From Deinococcales bacterium (lineage in GTDB: Bacteria > Deinococcota > Deinococci > Deinococcales > JAAFIG01), in contig JANNVX010000018.1 of NCBI GenBank assembly GCA_031414595.1, positions 64,001-128,000 of the forward strand: a DNA stretch of 64,000 nucleotides, given 5' to 3'. Position 1 is the first letter of the stretch, and each line of letters begins with the position of its first letter. Below, one piece after another: positions 39,949-50,938 of the stretch. The notes beneath the pieces are model-generated. The model did no database searches and was not told where the DNA came from. It worked only from the letters and a program-made list of their open reading frames with translations. The translations under genes were made by a program, and so were the position numbers.

Positions 39949-40802
39949 TGCGAAACTCGAGACAAAAAAGTATTTTACAACACCTGAGCAATATCCCCGT
40001 TCTTGCTTTGGTCTTGCTGGCGGTGTTGGTCAGTGTTTATCCTGTCTTTTGGATTTTTATCTCGAGCCTTAAAGGGGTCGAAGAATTTTCAGGAAGCCCG
40101 ATGTGGGCGTTACCCAAGGAATTGCACTGGGAAAACTATGCTAGAGCTTGGACAGAAGGGAAAATGAGTACCTATTTTTTGAATAGTATCCTCACGGTTG
40201 TGCCTTCCTTAACTTTGGTGGTGCTGCTTGGGGTCAGTGCAGCTTTTGGGATTGAAATTATGCAATGGCGTTTTGCCAACCTGACCACATTGGTTTTTTT
40301 GACCGCAATTATGGTCCCACTGCAAATTGTGATTCTGCCGCTTTTTACGATGTACTTTGCGACCCGTTTACTGAATACCCATCTGGCATTGATTATCACG
40401 TATGTAGCCTTTGGCTTGCCGCTGGTGGTGTTTTTTATGACTGGCTACTTTAAGACCTTCTCGAGAGAAGTGATTGAAGCGGCAATTATGGACGGCGCGA
40501 GTATTTACCAAGTCTTTTTTAAGATTGCCCTGCCAATGGTGATGAATGCTGTGGTGACGGTGGCATTGGTACAATTCTTTTTTATGTGGAATGACTTGTT
40601 GGTTTCCTTAACCTTTACCACCAGCCCAGATATGCGAACCGTTCAATCGGGCTTACTGAATTTTGTCGGGCAATACGGGCAGCGAGAATGGGGTCCAACC
40701 TTTGCTTCGGTGGCAATTACGGTTGCTCCAACTGTGTTGGTTTACTTATTCCTCAATCAATTGGTGATGAAAGGACTTGCTTCTGGCGCGGTGAAAGGAT
40801 GA
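39948..40802 (+). CDS. Sugar ABC transporter permease
   Basis: WENYARAW, EAAIMDGA and GLASGAVKG. Confidence 0.93.
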   Translation: MRNSRQKSILQHLSNIPVLALVLLAVLVSVYPVFWIFISSLKGVEEFSGSPMWALPKELHWENYARAWTEGKMSTYFLNSILTVVPSLTLVVLLGVSAAFGIEIMQWRFANLTTLVFLTAIMVPLQIVILPLFTMYFATRLLNTHLALIITYVAFGLPLVVFFMTGYFKTFSREVIEAAIMDGASIYQVFFKIALPMVMNAVVTVALVQFFFMWNDLLVSLTFTTSPDMRTVQSGLLNFVGQYGQREWGPTFASVAITVAPTVLVYLFLNQLVMKGLASGAVKG

Positions 40803-43342
40803 ATAGCGACTGGCAGAACTCGAGTTTAGTTGCTGAACAAGTCAAAATTTTACTCGAGCAGTTGAGTTTAGAAGATAAAATCCGTTTGGTCAGTGGGCAA
40901 TTTATCCGTGGTAGTACAGTAAAACCACTATCTGACTTACCACTGTTTAATATGGCAGATGGTCCTGCGGGTATTCGCACCTCACCCGATGCCACCACTG
41001 CCACGAGTAGCACTGCCTTACCCGCACCGATTGCTTTAGCTGCCACTTGGAGTACAGAGTTAGCCACCAAGTACGGTCATCTACTTGGACTCGAGGCGAA
41101 ACTGACTGGGCATAATGTGCTGCTTGGTCCTGCCATAGATTTGGCTCGAACGCCACTGGCTGGACGTACTTTTGAATCGTTTGGCGAAGACCCCTTGTTG
41201 CAGTCGCGCATGGTTGTCCCCGAGGTACAAGCCATTCAAGCCCATGGGGTTCAAGCCAGCTTAAAGCACTTTATTGTCAATAACCAAGAGCATGACCGCA
41301 ATTCTATAAACGTGATGGTAGACCAACGCAGCCTCTTTGAAATCTATTTACCGCCGTTTGAAGCCGCAATTCGCCTTGGTGGGGCTGCTTCGGTGATGGC
41401 AAGTTACAACCGTGTGAATGATCAATTTGCTTGTGATAACCAAGATATTCTCTCAAAGATTCTGCGTGACCAACTTGGTTTTCGTGGCTGGGTGATCAGT
41501 GACTTTCTGGCGAATCACAGCACTGCTAAATCCGCCAATGCTGGGCTGGATTGGGAATTGACCATGCCACATGCCAGTCAATGGCGCTCCCATTTACTCG
41601 AGGCAGTGAAAAACGCAGAAGTTTCACTCGAGACCTTAAATGAAATGGTTCGCAGAATTTTACGTCCAACCATTGGTTTGGGAATGCTCGAGTCTGGGTT
41701 TGAGCAATTGATTTTAACCCATGACCATGCGGCGGTGGCGCTCGAGATTGCTGAACAAAGCATGGTGTTACTTAAAAACGTCAATCACTTATTACCGCTT
41801 TCGACTGACAAAATTAAAAGTATTGCGGTGATTGGTGCAGATGCCGATACCGTTTCGGCGGCGGGTGGCGGCAGCGCTTTGGTGCAACCTCTGCGTGAAA
41901 TTTCAGTGCTTGATGGCATTAAAACTCGGGTTGGCTCGGGGGTAAAGGTTCTGTACGCGGCTGGCACAGATGCCATTGGTGCGGGGGTACTGCTGCATGG
42001 TGACAACTGCATTCCATCGTCAGTCCTCAAGCAAGCCGATGGAAGACAGGGTTTACTGGCACAATACTGGAATAACCTCGATTCTACGGGTGAACCCGTT
42101 ATCACTCGGATTGAACCGAATATCGAATTTATTCGTGGTTTTTTTGATTTTCCCGGTTTTCAAATCAGTGCCGCTTCGCATCACCTCGAGTTTTTTCCAA
42201 TGGCGGTTGAACCTATTTTTTCGGCTTGCTGGACTGGGTTTTTCATACCTCCTATGACTGGAGAGTATGCCCTGTCCATCACTTGTGCGGGTCGAGCAAA
42301 ATTATTTATTGACCAAGAGCGATTACTCGAGGTACAAAGTCAACTTAAACTTCATGCTGACGCATTGCACTGGGACGGCTCTGGAGCAGCTTTTCAGAGT
42401 CAAACCATGCAGCTTATTGCTGGGCAAAAATACGCAATTCGCCTCGAGTACGCTTCAGACTTCCCTGAACTTTGTATGCTTTACGGCGCTCAGTTACGGC
42501 TTGGTTGGCAGCCGCCGAAAGGCACACTCACACCAAAAATGCAGCAAGCTGTAGACTTGGCTCGAGTTTCGGATGTGGCAGTTGTGGTGGTGCGTACTTT
42601 TGAATCCGAAGGGCTGGACAGACCAAATTTGCGGCTACCATCAGGGCAGAATGAACTGATTGAGGCTGTCAGTCGTGTCAATCCAAAAACCATTGTGGTG
42701 CTGATGACTGGCTCGAGTGTAGATGTTAGTAATTGGGAAAGCACTGTCCCAGCTATTCTCGAGGCTTGGTATGCAGGGCAAGAACAGGGTAGCGCTGTGG
42801 CTCGGATTTTATTTGGTGATGTTGTCCCATCGGGTAAATTACCAATTACTTTTCCACGTTCCCAAGACCAAATGCCGCCGCTCGAGTATCCGGGAGTTGA
42901 TGGTCAAATAACCTACGCCGAAGGCTTAAACATTGGCTATCGAGGTTACGACCAACACAACATTGAACCGATGTACCCGTTTGGTTTTGGTTTGTCTTAC
43001 ACCAGTTTTTCGTACAGCAACCTAGAAGTTTTGCAAGACACACTTGTCACCATTCAGTTTGACCTCGAGAACACTGGAGCTTATACGGGTATCGAAATTG
43101 CCCAGCTTTACCTCGAGATGCCAGATAACCAAGCACCAAAGAAACTGGCTGGTTTAGCTCGAGTTTGCTTACAGCCACAAGAAAAGCAAACCGTTTGCAT
43201 TTGCCTAGATGCCGATTCGCTCGAGCGCCCATTTTCGATTTGGGATGATGGTTGGAAACGTGTTTTCGGGCAGTACCGCATTTTGGTCGGTGCGTCGTCA
43301 AGGGATATTCTTTTAGAAGGCATCTTAGTGGTGAGTCCATGA
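40799..43342 (+). CDS. GH3 beta-glucosidase with PA14 insertion and Fn3-like tail
   Basis: DGPAGIR, GRTFESFGEDP, KHFIVN, GWVISDF, EGLDR and YPFGFGLSYT. Confidence 0.93.
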   Translation: MNSDWQNSSLVAEQVKILLEQLSLEDKIRLVSGQFIRGSTVKPLSDLPLFNMADGPAGIRTSPDATTATSSTALPAPIALAATWSTELATKYGHLLGLEAKLTGHNVLLGPAIDLARTPLAGRTFESFGEDPLLQSRMVVPEVQAIQAHGVQASLKHFIVNNQEHDRNSINVMVDQRSLFEIYLPPFEAAIRLGGAASVMASYNRVNDQFACDNQDILSKILRDQLGFRGWVISDFLANHSTAKSANAGLDWELTMPHASQWRSHLLEAVKNAEVSLETLNEMVRRILRPTIGLGMLESGFEQLILTHDHAAVALEIAEQSMVLLKNVNHLLPLSTDKIKSIAVIGADADTVSAAGGGSALVQPLREISVLDGIKTRVGSGVKVLYAAGTDAIGAGVLLHGDNCIPSSVLKQADGRQGLLAQYWNNLDSTGEPVITRIEPNIEFIRGFFDFPGFQISAASHHLEFFPMAVEPIFSACWTGFFIPPMTGEYALSITCAGRAKLFIDQERLLEVQSQLKLHADALHWDGSGAAFQSQTMQLIAGQKYAIRLEYASDFPELCMLYGAQLRLGWQPPKGTLTPKMQQAVDLARVSDVAVVVVRTFESEGLDRPNLRLPSGQNELIEAVSRVNPKTIVVLMTGSSVDVSNWESTVPAILEAWYAGQEQGSAVARILFGDVVPSGKLPITFPRSQDQMPPLEYPGVDGQITYAEGLNIGYRGYDQHNIEPMYPFGFGLSYTSFSYSNLEVLQDTLVTIQFDLENTGAYTGIEIAQLYLEMPDNQAPKKLAGLARVCLQPQEKQTVCICLDADSLERPFSIWDDGWKRVFGQYRILVGASSRDILLEGILVVSP

Positions 43343-44160
43343 TTGAAATTCCGCTCTGGCACAATCTAGGCTCGAGTCAGAGCGAACAACTATCGTGGAG
43401 TTCAACCCAGCCACCGTTTCGTTTGGTACGCAATGTCAGTCAGCCCAGCTTAAGTGTTTTCCTACCAGACCCAAGCATCAACACACAAGCTGCTGTGCTG
43501 ATTTGTCCGGGTGGAGGGTTGCACGTCTTGGCAATTGACCATGAGGGTTTTGAAGTGGCTGAGTGGCTTACGGCTCGAGGTATTGCTGCAATGGTTCTCA
43601 AATACCGTCTGCTCGAGACTCCGCTTGATGATGCCGAATCTGAAGCGTACATTCAACACAACTTGGCTGACCCAAACATTATGCGCCACTTTTCGACTCT
43701 TCACCAAGCAACCATTCTTGCCGATGGACAGCAAGCCATGCGTTTGGTGCGCGAACACGCGTCCATTTGGAACATTCGCCCAGACCGAATTGGCATGATT
43801 GGATTCTCAGCCGGTGGTTTTCTAACCGCGTCTGTGGCACTTGTTCACGATGTCTCGAGCCGCCCAGATTTTGTTGCCCCAATATATGCTGCTCTGTGGG
43901 AAAAACCACAAGCACCACCCAACCCCATGCCGATGTTTTTGGCACTTGCCAGTAACGACAGCTTTGGACAAATCATGATTCAAAGCAGTTTGAACTTATA
44001 CAACGCATGGCAACAAGCGGGCGTGAGTGTCGAACTGCACGCCTATGCCCAAGGACAACATGGTTTTGGCATGAATAAACAAGGTTTACCAAGTGATTAC
44101 TGGATCGAACGTTTTCACGAATGGCTTGAGTCCCAAGGTTTGTTCGAGGTGTCCGTATGA
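43339..44160 (+). CDS. Alpha/beta hydrolase (carbohydrate esterase-like)
   Basis: ICPGGG, GFSAGG and GQHGFG. Confidence 0.85.
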   Translation: MIEIPLWHNLGSSQSEQLSWSSTQPPFRLVRNVSQPSLSVFLPDPSINTQAAVLICPGGGLHVLAIDHEGFEVAEWLTARGIAAMVLKYRLLETPLDDAESEAYIQHNLADPNIMRHFSTLHQATILADGQQAMRLVREHASIWNIRPDRIGMIGFSAGGFLTASVALVHDVSSRPDFVAPIYAALWEKPQAPPNPMPMFLALASNDSFGQIMIQSSLNLYNAWQQAGVSVELHAYAQGQHGFGMNKQGLPSDYWIERFHEWLESQGLFEVSV

Positions 44161-47100
44161 CTCTAACCATCTCGAATTTGCGTTGTGAATCCTTAACCAA
44201 CCCATTGACGATTGTTGTGCCGTATCCGCGCCTAAGTTGGATTGTTGAATCTCTGGCGCGTAACCAAGTGCAGAGCGCTTATGAAATTTTGGCAGCAAGC
44301 TGCCCTGAATTGCTCGAGCCAGCCAAAGCAGATTTGTGGTCGAGCGGCAAAGTTCAAAGCGATGAGACACTGAACATTGAATACTGTGGGCAGAATCTCG
44401 AGCCAACCAAGTATTGTTATTGGAAAGTTCGGGTTTGGAATGGCGAAGGTATCGTCTCGAGTTGGAGCGAAACGGCTTATTTCGCGGCGGGTTTAACCCA
44501 CAACGATTGGACAGCCGATTGGATTGGTTTTGATGCTACCCGTGATATAGAACTGCCACTTGCTCCTTTTGAAAATGCCAAATGGATTGGCACTGACTCG
44601 AGTGCGGTTTTTCTGGGTGAATTAACCTTGCCAGAAGATGCCAAAATTGCCGATGCTCGAGTGATGATTGCCTCAAATGGACATTTTACTTTGTATTGGG
44701 CGGGTGAGTATTTTGCCCAGAGTCCTCGTGACCAGCATCCCTATATGCGGCGCATGACCGAACGCTTAGAAGCGGGCTTAAACCGCTTTATGATTCGGGT
44801 AGAAGCACCCGAATCGGTGGCGCTGATTTTTCGGTTGGTGGTGCTGCTCGCAGATGGACAAGAAATCAGTTTTTGCTCAAATGAATCTTGGAAAATCAGC
44901 CCGAACATCCTCAAAAATTGGTACGAAGCAGAAGCCCATTCGTGGGTAGAAGCCCGAGTTTTGGCAAATTATGGCGATGCCCCTTGGGGGTTTTTGTATG
45001 GTGATGACAATTTTTTACCACCACCAAGTTATTTGCGCGGCTCACTCGAGTTAGAAAAACCAATCAAGCAAGCCACATTATTTGTTACGGCACTTGGTCA
45101 TTTTGATTTTTTTATCAATGGTCAGCGAATCAACCACAGTTACTTTGACCCCGGCTGGACGGATTACCATCAGCGTTTGTACTACCGTGCTTTTGATGTC
45201 AGTCAGCACTTGCATTCTGGCAAAAATGTACTTGGTGCAGTCCTTGCCGATGGTTGGTTTAGTGGTTATATCGGTTGGTATCACGAGCGCGACATTTACG
45301 GCTTGAATCCGCGTTTGCGAGCGCAGTTACACCTCGAGTTTATGGATGGAACAAAAGAAATTGTGACCACCAACAGCACATGGCAAGCCAGCCTTGGGGG
45401 AATCAGGGAAGCCGATATGCTGATGGGCGAAGTTTTTGACTCGAGGGTCGAGAAAACGGATTGGAATACGCCTTTTTATGATGCTTCTGACTGGCAGGCT
45501 GTCAATACTGGTACAAACTTAAATCCAATCTTTGAGCCTCATCCCGCCCCGCCAGTCGTGGCACTCGAGGCAGCGTGTTTTGTGCCTCGAGTGATCACCG
45601 AGCCAAAGAAAGGTATTTATATTTTTGATTTAGGGCAGAATTTTGCTGGTGTGGTGCGCCTCAAAGTAAAGAACCCCAGTTCAGGGCAGCGAATTACCAT
45701 TCGTCATGCCGAACGCCTGAACAGCGATGGAACGCTTTATACCCGTAATCTTCGCACGGCTCGAGCCGTAGATGTTTATATTTGTTCTGGTCAACCCGAA
45801 GAAACTTGGTCGCCGCGTTTTACCTTTCATGGGTTTCAGTATGTCGAAGTAACAGGTTTAACTTCCGCGCCAGATTTTGAAACCATTATGGGAATTCCGC
45901 TCAGTTCTGATACGCCGTTAGCTGGTTCGTTTGAATGCTCCGATGAACTGGTCAATAAATTGGTGAGCAATACCTACTGGTCGCAGCGTTCAAACTTTCT
46001 TGAAGTGATTACCGATTGTCCGCAACGCGACGAACGGCTTGGTTGGGGCGATGGTGCTTGGACTTTTATTGGTGCAGCCGCAATGCGAAGTGATGTTCAG
46101 ACTTTTTATAACAAATGGACACAAGATTTTATTGATGCCCAACTTCCCGATGGACAATTCCCGTGGTTAGCCCCGTTGGTGGTGCTAAGTGCCAACAACA
46201 TCGGACCGCTTTGGTCTGGCTCGAGTCCGGCTTGGTCAGATGCGGGGATTATCTGCCCGTGGATGATTTACCAGCGTTATGGCGACCTGCGCCAACTCGA
46301 GCGCTCGTACCCAGCCATGGTTAGGCAAATTGAGTGGTATGTCAATACTAGTGGCGCTGATTTACTACCGCCCGAAGAATTTGTCAGTCTGGGGGATTGG
46401 TTAAACCATAATGCCCCAATTCCGCACGATCTTTTCCGCACGATGTTTTTTGCGTATAGCACAAATTTATTGGCGCAGTCGGCTCGAGTTTTGGGGTATC
46501 TTGAAGATGCACAGCGCTTTCTGAATTTGTATGAGCGGATTAAAACCGCTTTTCAAGCCGAGTATCTACTGCCTGACGGACGAATTTTCGGCGATGTCCA
46601 AGGTTGTTATGCCCTCGCTATTACTTTTGATTTACTCGAGCCAGACCAAGCCAAAAAAGCCTTAGAACACCTGATTAAAAGAATCGAAGCTGACCAGTTT
46701 AGACCCAGCACTGGACTCGAGGCAACGCTGCCCTTGATGCTGGCTTTAAGTAAAATGAAACGTTCCGATATAGCCTATAAATTGCTGCATAACCGCGAGT
46801 TTCCTGGTTGGAATTTTTCTATTCTGAATGGCGCAACCACGATTTGGGAGCGCTGGAATTCTTGGACTCCTGAAAACGGATTTGGTGACTCGAGTATGAA
46901 TTCGTTTAATCATTTTTCTTTGGGTGCGGTGTATCAATGGATAACCGAAACGATTGGCGGGATTCGACTGAGCGGGGTTGCGTTTAAGCACATCATGATT
47001 GCCCCACAACTCGGTGGAGTTGTTTCCTCGGCTCAAGCCGTTTTGAACAGCCCCCGAGGGCGAATTAAAACTGAATGGAAAATTGAAAACGATCACTTTT

Positions 47101-47285
47101 ACCTAGCTGTAGAAATACCAGCCAACACCACGGCTACCCTTGTTCTGCCAAACTCGAGTCATCAGAATGTGACCGAAAACGGTTTGCCACTCGAGTCAGC
47201 TTTCATTCATTCCCAAGAAGCCAAACAATTGACTTTAAGCCTTGGTTCAGGGTTGTATCAATTTTTGGTTAAACAGTTTGAGTAG
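44157..47285 (+). CDS. GH78 alpha-L-rhamnosidase
   Basis: DLWSSGKV, FDLGQNFAG, FTFHGFQY, DCPQRDERLGW, ATTIWERWNS and MNSFNH. Confidence 0.93.
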   Translation: MTLTISNLRCESLTNPLTIVVPYPRLSWIVESLARNQVQSAYEILAASCPELLEPAKADLWSSGKVQSDETLNIEYCGQNLEPTKYCYWKVRVWNGEGIVSSWSETAYFAAGLTHNDWTADWIGFDATRDIELPLAPFENAKWIGTDSSAVFLGELTLPEDAKIADARVMIASNGHFTLYWAGEYFAQSPRDQHPYMRRMTERLEAGLNRFMIRVEAPESVALIFRLVVLLADGQEISFCSNESWKISPNILKNWYEAEAHSWVEARVLANYGDAPWGFLYGDDNFLPPPSYLRGSLELEKPIKQATLFVTALGHFDFFINGQRINHSYFDPGWTDYHQRLYYRAFDVSQHLHSGKNVLGAVLADGWFSGYIGWYHERDIYGLNPRLRAQLHLEFMDGTKEIVTTNSTWQASLGGIREADMLMGEVFDSRVEKTDWNTPFYDASDWQAVNTGTNLNPIFEPHPAPPVVALEAACFVPRVITEPKKGIYIFDLGQNFAGVVRLKVKNPSSGQRITIRHAERLNSDGTLYTRNLRTARAVDVYICSGQPEETWSPRFTFHGFQYVEVTGLTSAPDFETIMGIPLSSDTPLAGSFECSDELVNKLVSNTYWSQRSNFLEVITDCPQRDERLGWGDGAWTFIGAAAMRSDVQTFYNKWTQDFIDAQLPDGQFPWLAPLVVLSANNIGPLWSGSSPAWSDAGIICPWMIYQRYGDLRQLERSYPAMVRQIEWYVNTSGADLLPPEEFVSLGDWLNHNAPIPHDLFRTMFFAYSTNLLAQSARVLGYLEDAQRFLNLYERIKTAFQAEYLLPDGRIFGDVQGCYALAITFDLLEPDQAKKALEHLIKRIEADQFRPSTGLEATLPLMLALSKMKRSDIAYKLLHNREFPGWNFSILNGATTIWERWNSWTPENGFGDSSMNSFNHFSLGAVYQWITETIGGIRLSGVAFKHIMIAPQLGGVVSSAQAVLNSPRGRIKTEWKIENDHFYLAVEIPANTTATLVLPNSSHQNVTENGLPLESAFIHSQEAKQLTLSLGSGLYQFLVKQFE

Positions 47286-48387
47286 AAATTTCTGCCAAAA
47301 AAGCCTTGACCCGTTTTGTTAAACGCTCGGTCTCGAGCAAAAAAGCATCATGCCCATGTGGGCTGCTGAGTTCCCAATACTGCCCGTTTTGTACGGTTTC
47401 GGCAATTTCTCGAGCTTCGGCGGGTAAGTACAAAATATCTGATGAAATTCCGACGCTTAAAATCGGTACAGCAATCTGCTCGAGTTGAGCAGGGGAGAGG
47501 TCAAACCTGTCCATTGCCTTGGTAATGCAGATGTAACTATTGGCATCAAAGCGCTCGAGAAGCCGCTCACCTTGGTGTTCTAAGTACGTTTCCATCGCAA
47601 AGCGCTTTGCGTCGGTGGGGCTGGGACGACGACCTTGGGTTAGCCCAAAAGATTCTGGACTGCGAAAAAACAAGGTCGTGATGGCTCGAGCCAGTGCCAA
47701 ACCTTGGGGCTGAGCCGTGTATTTGCCGTTTTTATAGTCTGGGTCGTTTTGGATTGCCATTCGTGCCAGATGATTAAAAGTAATCCCCCATGCACTATGT
47801 CGGGCTGGAGCGCCAATAATTACCCCAGCACCAATTTCGGGGTATAAACGCAGCCACTCGAGGGCTTGCATTCCGCCCATGCTGCCGCCAACCACCGCTT
47901 TGATGCGTTGTACCCCCAGATGCTCGAGCAGGGCAGCTTGAACCCGTACCATGTCGGTGATGGTGATGTCTGGGAAATTGTTGCCGTAAGTACGGTTGGT
48001 GCTTGGGTCAAGGCTGGTAGCCCCTGTACTGCCATAACAACCGCCCAGTACATTGGCGCAAATAATAAAATCGGTTTCGGTGTCAAGCATTGCCCCCGCG
48101 CCAAGGCTTTCCGACCACCACGAAGCCACACTGCTCGAGCCAGTCAAGGCATGACAGACCACCACAGCATTGTCTTTGGCTTGGTTTAACTGCCCGTAAG
48201 TGCTGTATGCCACCCGAACCATTGGCAAAGTACCACCCATCTCGAGTTGCAGAGGCTCTTGGACAAACAAGGTGGTGTGACGGACATCCAATTCTGAGGG
48301 TTTGGGTTCAGGAAAAAGTACCCGAACCTCAAAATCCCCAAGGCGTTCAATTTCAAAGTTTTGTTCTGGCTTAAAAGATACGGTCAT
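47269..48387 (-). CDS. metX: Homoserine O-acetyltransferase
   Basis: CHALTG, NVLGGCYGSTG, GGSMGG, RFDANSY and HGHDAFL. Confidence 0.94.
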   Translation of the reverse strand: MTVSFKPEQNFEIERLGDFEVRVLFPEPKPSELDVRHTTLFVQEPLQLEMGGTLPMVRVAYSTYGQLNQAKDNAVVVCHALTGSSSVASWWSESLGAGAMLDTETDFIICANVLGGCYGSTGATSLDPSTNRTYGNNFPDITITDMVRVQAALLEHLGVQRIKAVVGGSMGGMQALEWLRLYPEIGAGVIIGAPARHSAWGITFNHLARMAIQNDPDYKNGKYTAQPQGLALARAITTLFFRSPESFGLTQGRRPSPTDAKRFAMETYLEHQGERLLERFDANSYICITKAMDRFDLSPAQLEQIAVPILSVGISSDILYLPAEAREIAETVQNGQYWELSSPHGHDAFLLETERLTKRVKAFLAEISTQTV

Positions 48388-48632
48388 GCGACTTCCAGAC
48401 TATCCACCAAACAATACTCGAGAATGATGGCTTCTATCCCTTCCAGTAAAGTATTCTTGATGACTAGGCTACTTGTTAGGTCAAATTCTCGCTTTAGAAT
48501 CTCGAGTTGTAAATGCCAAGGTTGTAGGTCATGTTGGCAAACAAATTGCCCTCGAGGAAAACGTCGTTTTTGGATTCCAGTGGCATAATGCACCAATGTA
48601 CGATATGAACCACAAGTTGGACAGTCAAGCAT
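48384..48632 (-). CDS. Small hypothetical protein with CxxC and CxH motifs
   Basis: 82 aa with SD AAGGA; fills the metY-metX gap and overlaps metX by ATGA. Confidence 0.65.
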   Translation of the reverse strand: MLDCPTCGSYRTLVHYATGIQKRRFPRGQFVCQHDLQPWHLQLEILKREFDLTSSLVIKNTLLEGIEAIILEYCLVDSLEVA

Positions 48633-48640
48633 TAAAATCC

Positions 48641-50040
<1,400 letters not shown>

Positions 50041-50066
50041 AGGACTGCATTGAATTAACCCATTCT

Positions 50067-50267
50067 CTTATCTCTGCCGCGTGGCGGCTGGAATTAGCAC
50101 CGAAAGGGTTAAATTTGACTTTTATTACAACACAAATTCACTCACCCTAATCGGTGATTAAACATTCGCATTGTAAAGAGTTGAGTCATTTGTTTCCTAG
50201 GTTGCTGCGACGCTCTTTCGTGTTTTGCACGGATTTCGAGCCAGTCTCTTGCGTCGCTCTGGATAAG
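50067..50267 (-). ncRNA. SAM-I (S-box) riboswitch, expanded
   Basis: Minus strand CTTATCCAGAG..GAGACTGGCTC..GCAACC..GGTGCTAATTCCAG..GATAAG. P1 CTTATC/GATAAG, P2a GCGACGC/GCGTCGC and pseudoknot CTGG/CCAG, located upstream of metY. Confidence 0.9.
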
Positions 50268-50363
50268 TGGTGTGGCACGCCGATGAAGCGCACAGGTTCG
50301 CAAAAAACTGAACTTAGTAAGAACTGTAAGGTACTTGGGCTAAATTTGTCAAGTGCAAAAAAA

Positions 50364-50726
50364 TTACTCGAGCGATTTGCGTTCGCGCCGAGCTTCGCGG
50401 CGCACTTTTGGGTCTAAACCAATCATCAAAAAGAAGTTCTCCAAAGCGTTTTCTTTACCTTTGATGTCTGGATGTGCGTCTTCGGCTGTACCATTGACGA
50501 ACGGTAGGGCGCGGTACAACTCGAGGGCTTTGACCACCACATCTTCAGCCGCGCCCGATTCGGCGAGTTCTGCCAGTGTGCCGTAAATTTCGCGCCGACT
50601 TTCGGCATGTTGCGTGAAAGTTTCAGGGCTTGGTGTTTCGGGCGCTCTGAGTAAATCCTGTTTGGCAATTCGGCGATAATGCTTTAAGCCACGTAGAATT
50701 TCCTCGCTCGAGTAGGTTACATTCAT
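50364..50726 (-). CDS. Conserved-looking hypothetical helical protein
   Basis: 120 aa with strong SD AGGAGG and an upstream TTGACA-N17-TATACT promoter. Confidence 0.75.
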   Translation of the reverse strand: MNVTYSSEEILRGLKHYRRIAKQDLLRAPETPSPETFTQHAESRREIYGTLAELAESGAAEDVVVKALELYRALPFVNGTAEDAHPDIKGKENALENFFLMIGLDPKVRREARRERKSLE

Positions 50727-50815
50727 GCCTTACCTCCTAGAATTGTGGACACAAATGCCGCCCGTGGGCGGCGAAGTTGAAGAAGCCAAGTAAGATTCTG
50801 ATTCACGATGCCTAG

Positions 50816-50844
50816 AGTATAAGTTTCTAGGGGAATGGTGTCAA
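50816..50844 (-). promoter_or_regulatory. Near-consensus sigma70 promoter
   Basis: TTGACA-17 nt-TATACT on the minus strand. Confidence 0.75.
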
Positions 50845-50938
50845 CGCACCCAAAAATTAAATTTTTCACACTCGAGCCACAAAGTAGGTTAGATAGGTTG
50901 TTTTGCTTGGGTGTGCCTACCATGTTACCTTAGCAGCC

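Noticed and set aside
50723-50923. 66-aa ORF upstream of the 120-aa hypothetical gene
   Set aside because: It spans a consensus promoter. At most a short GTG-initiated leader could exist, and nothing else supports it.
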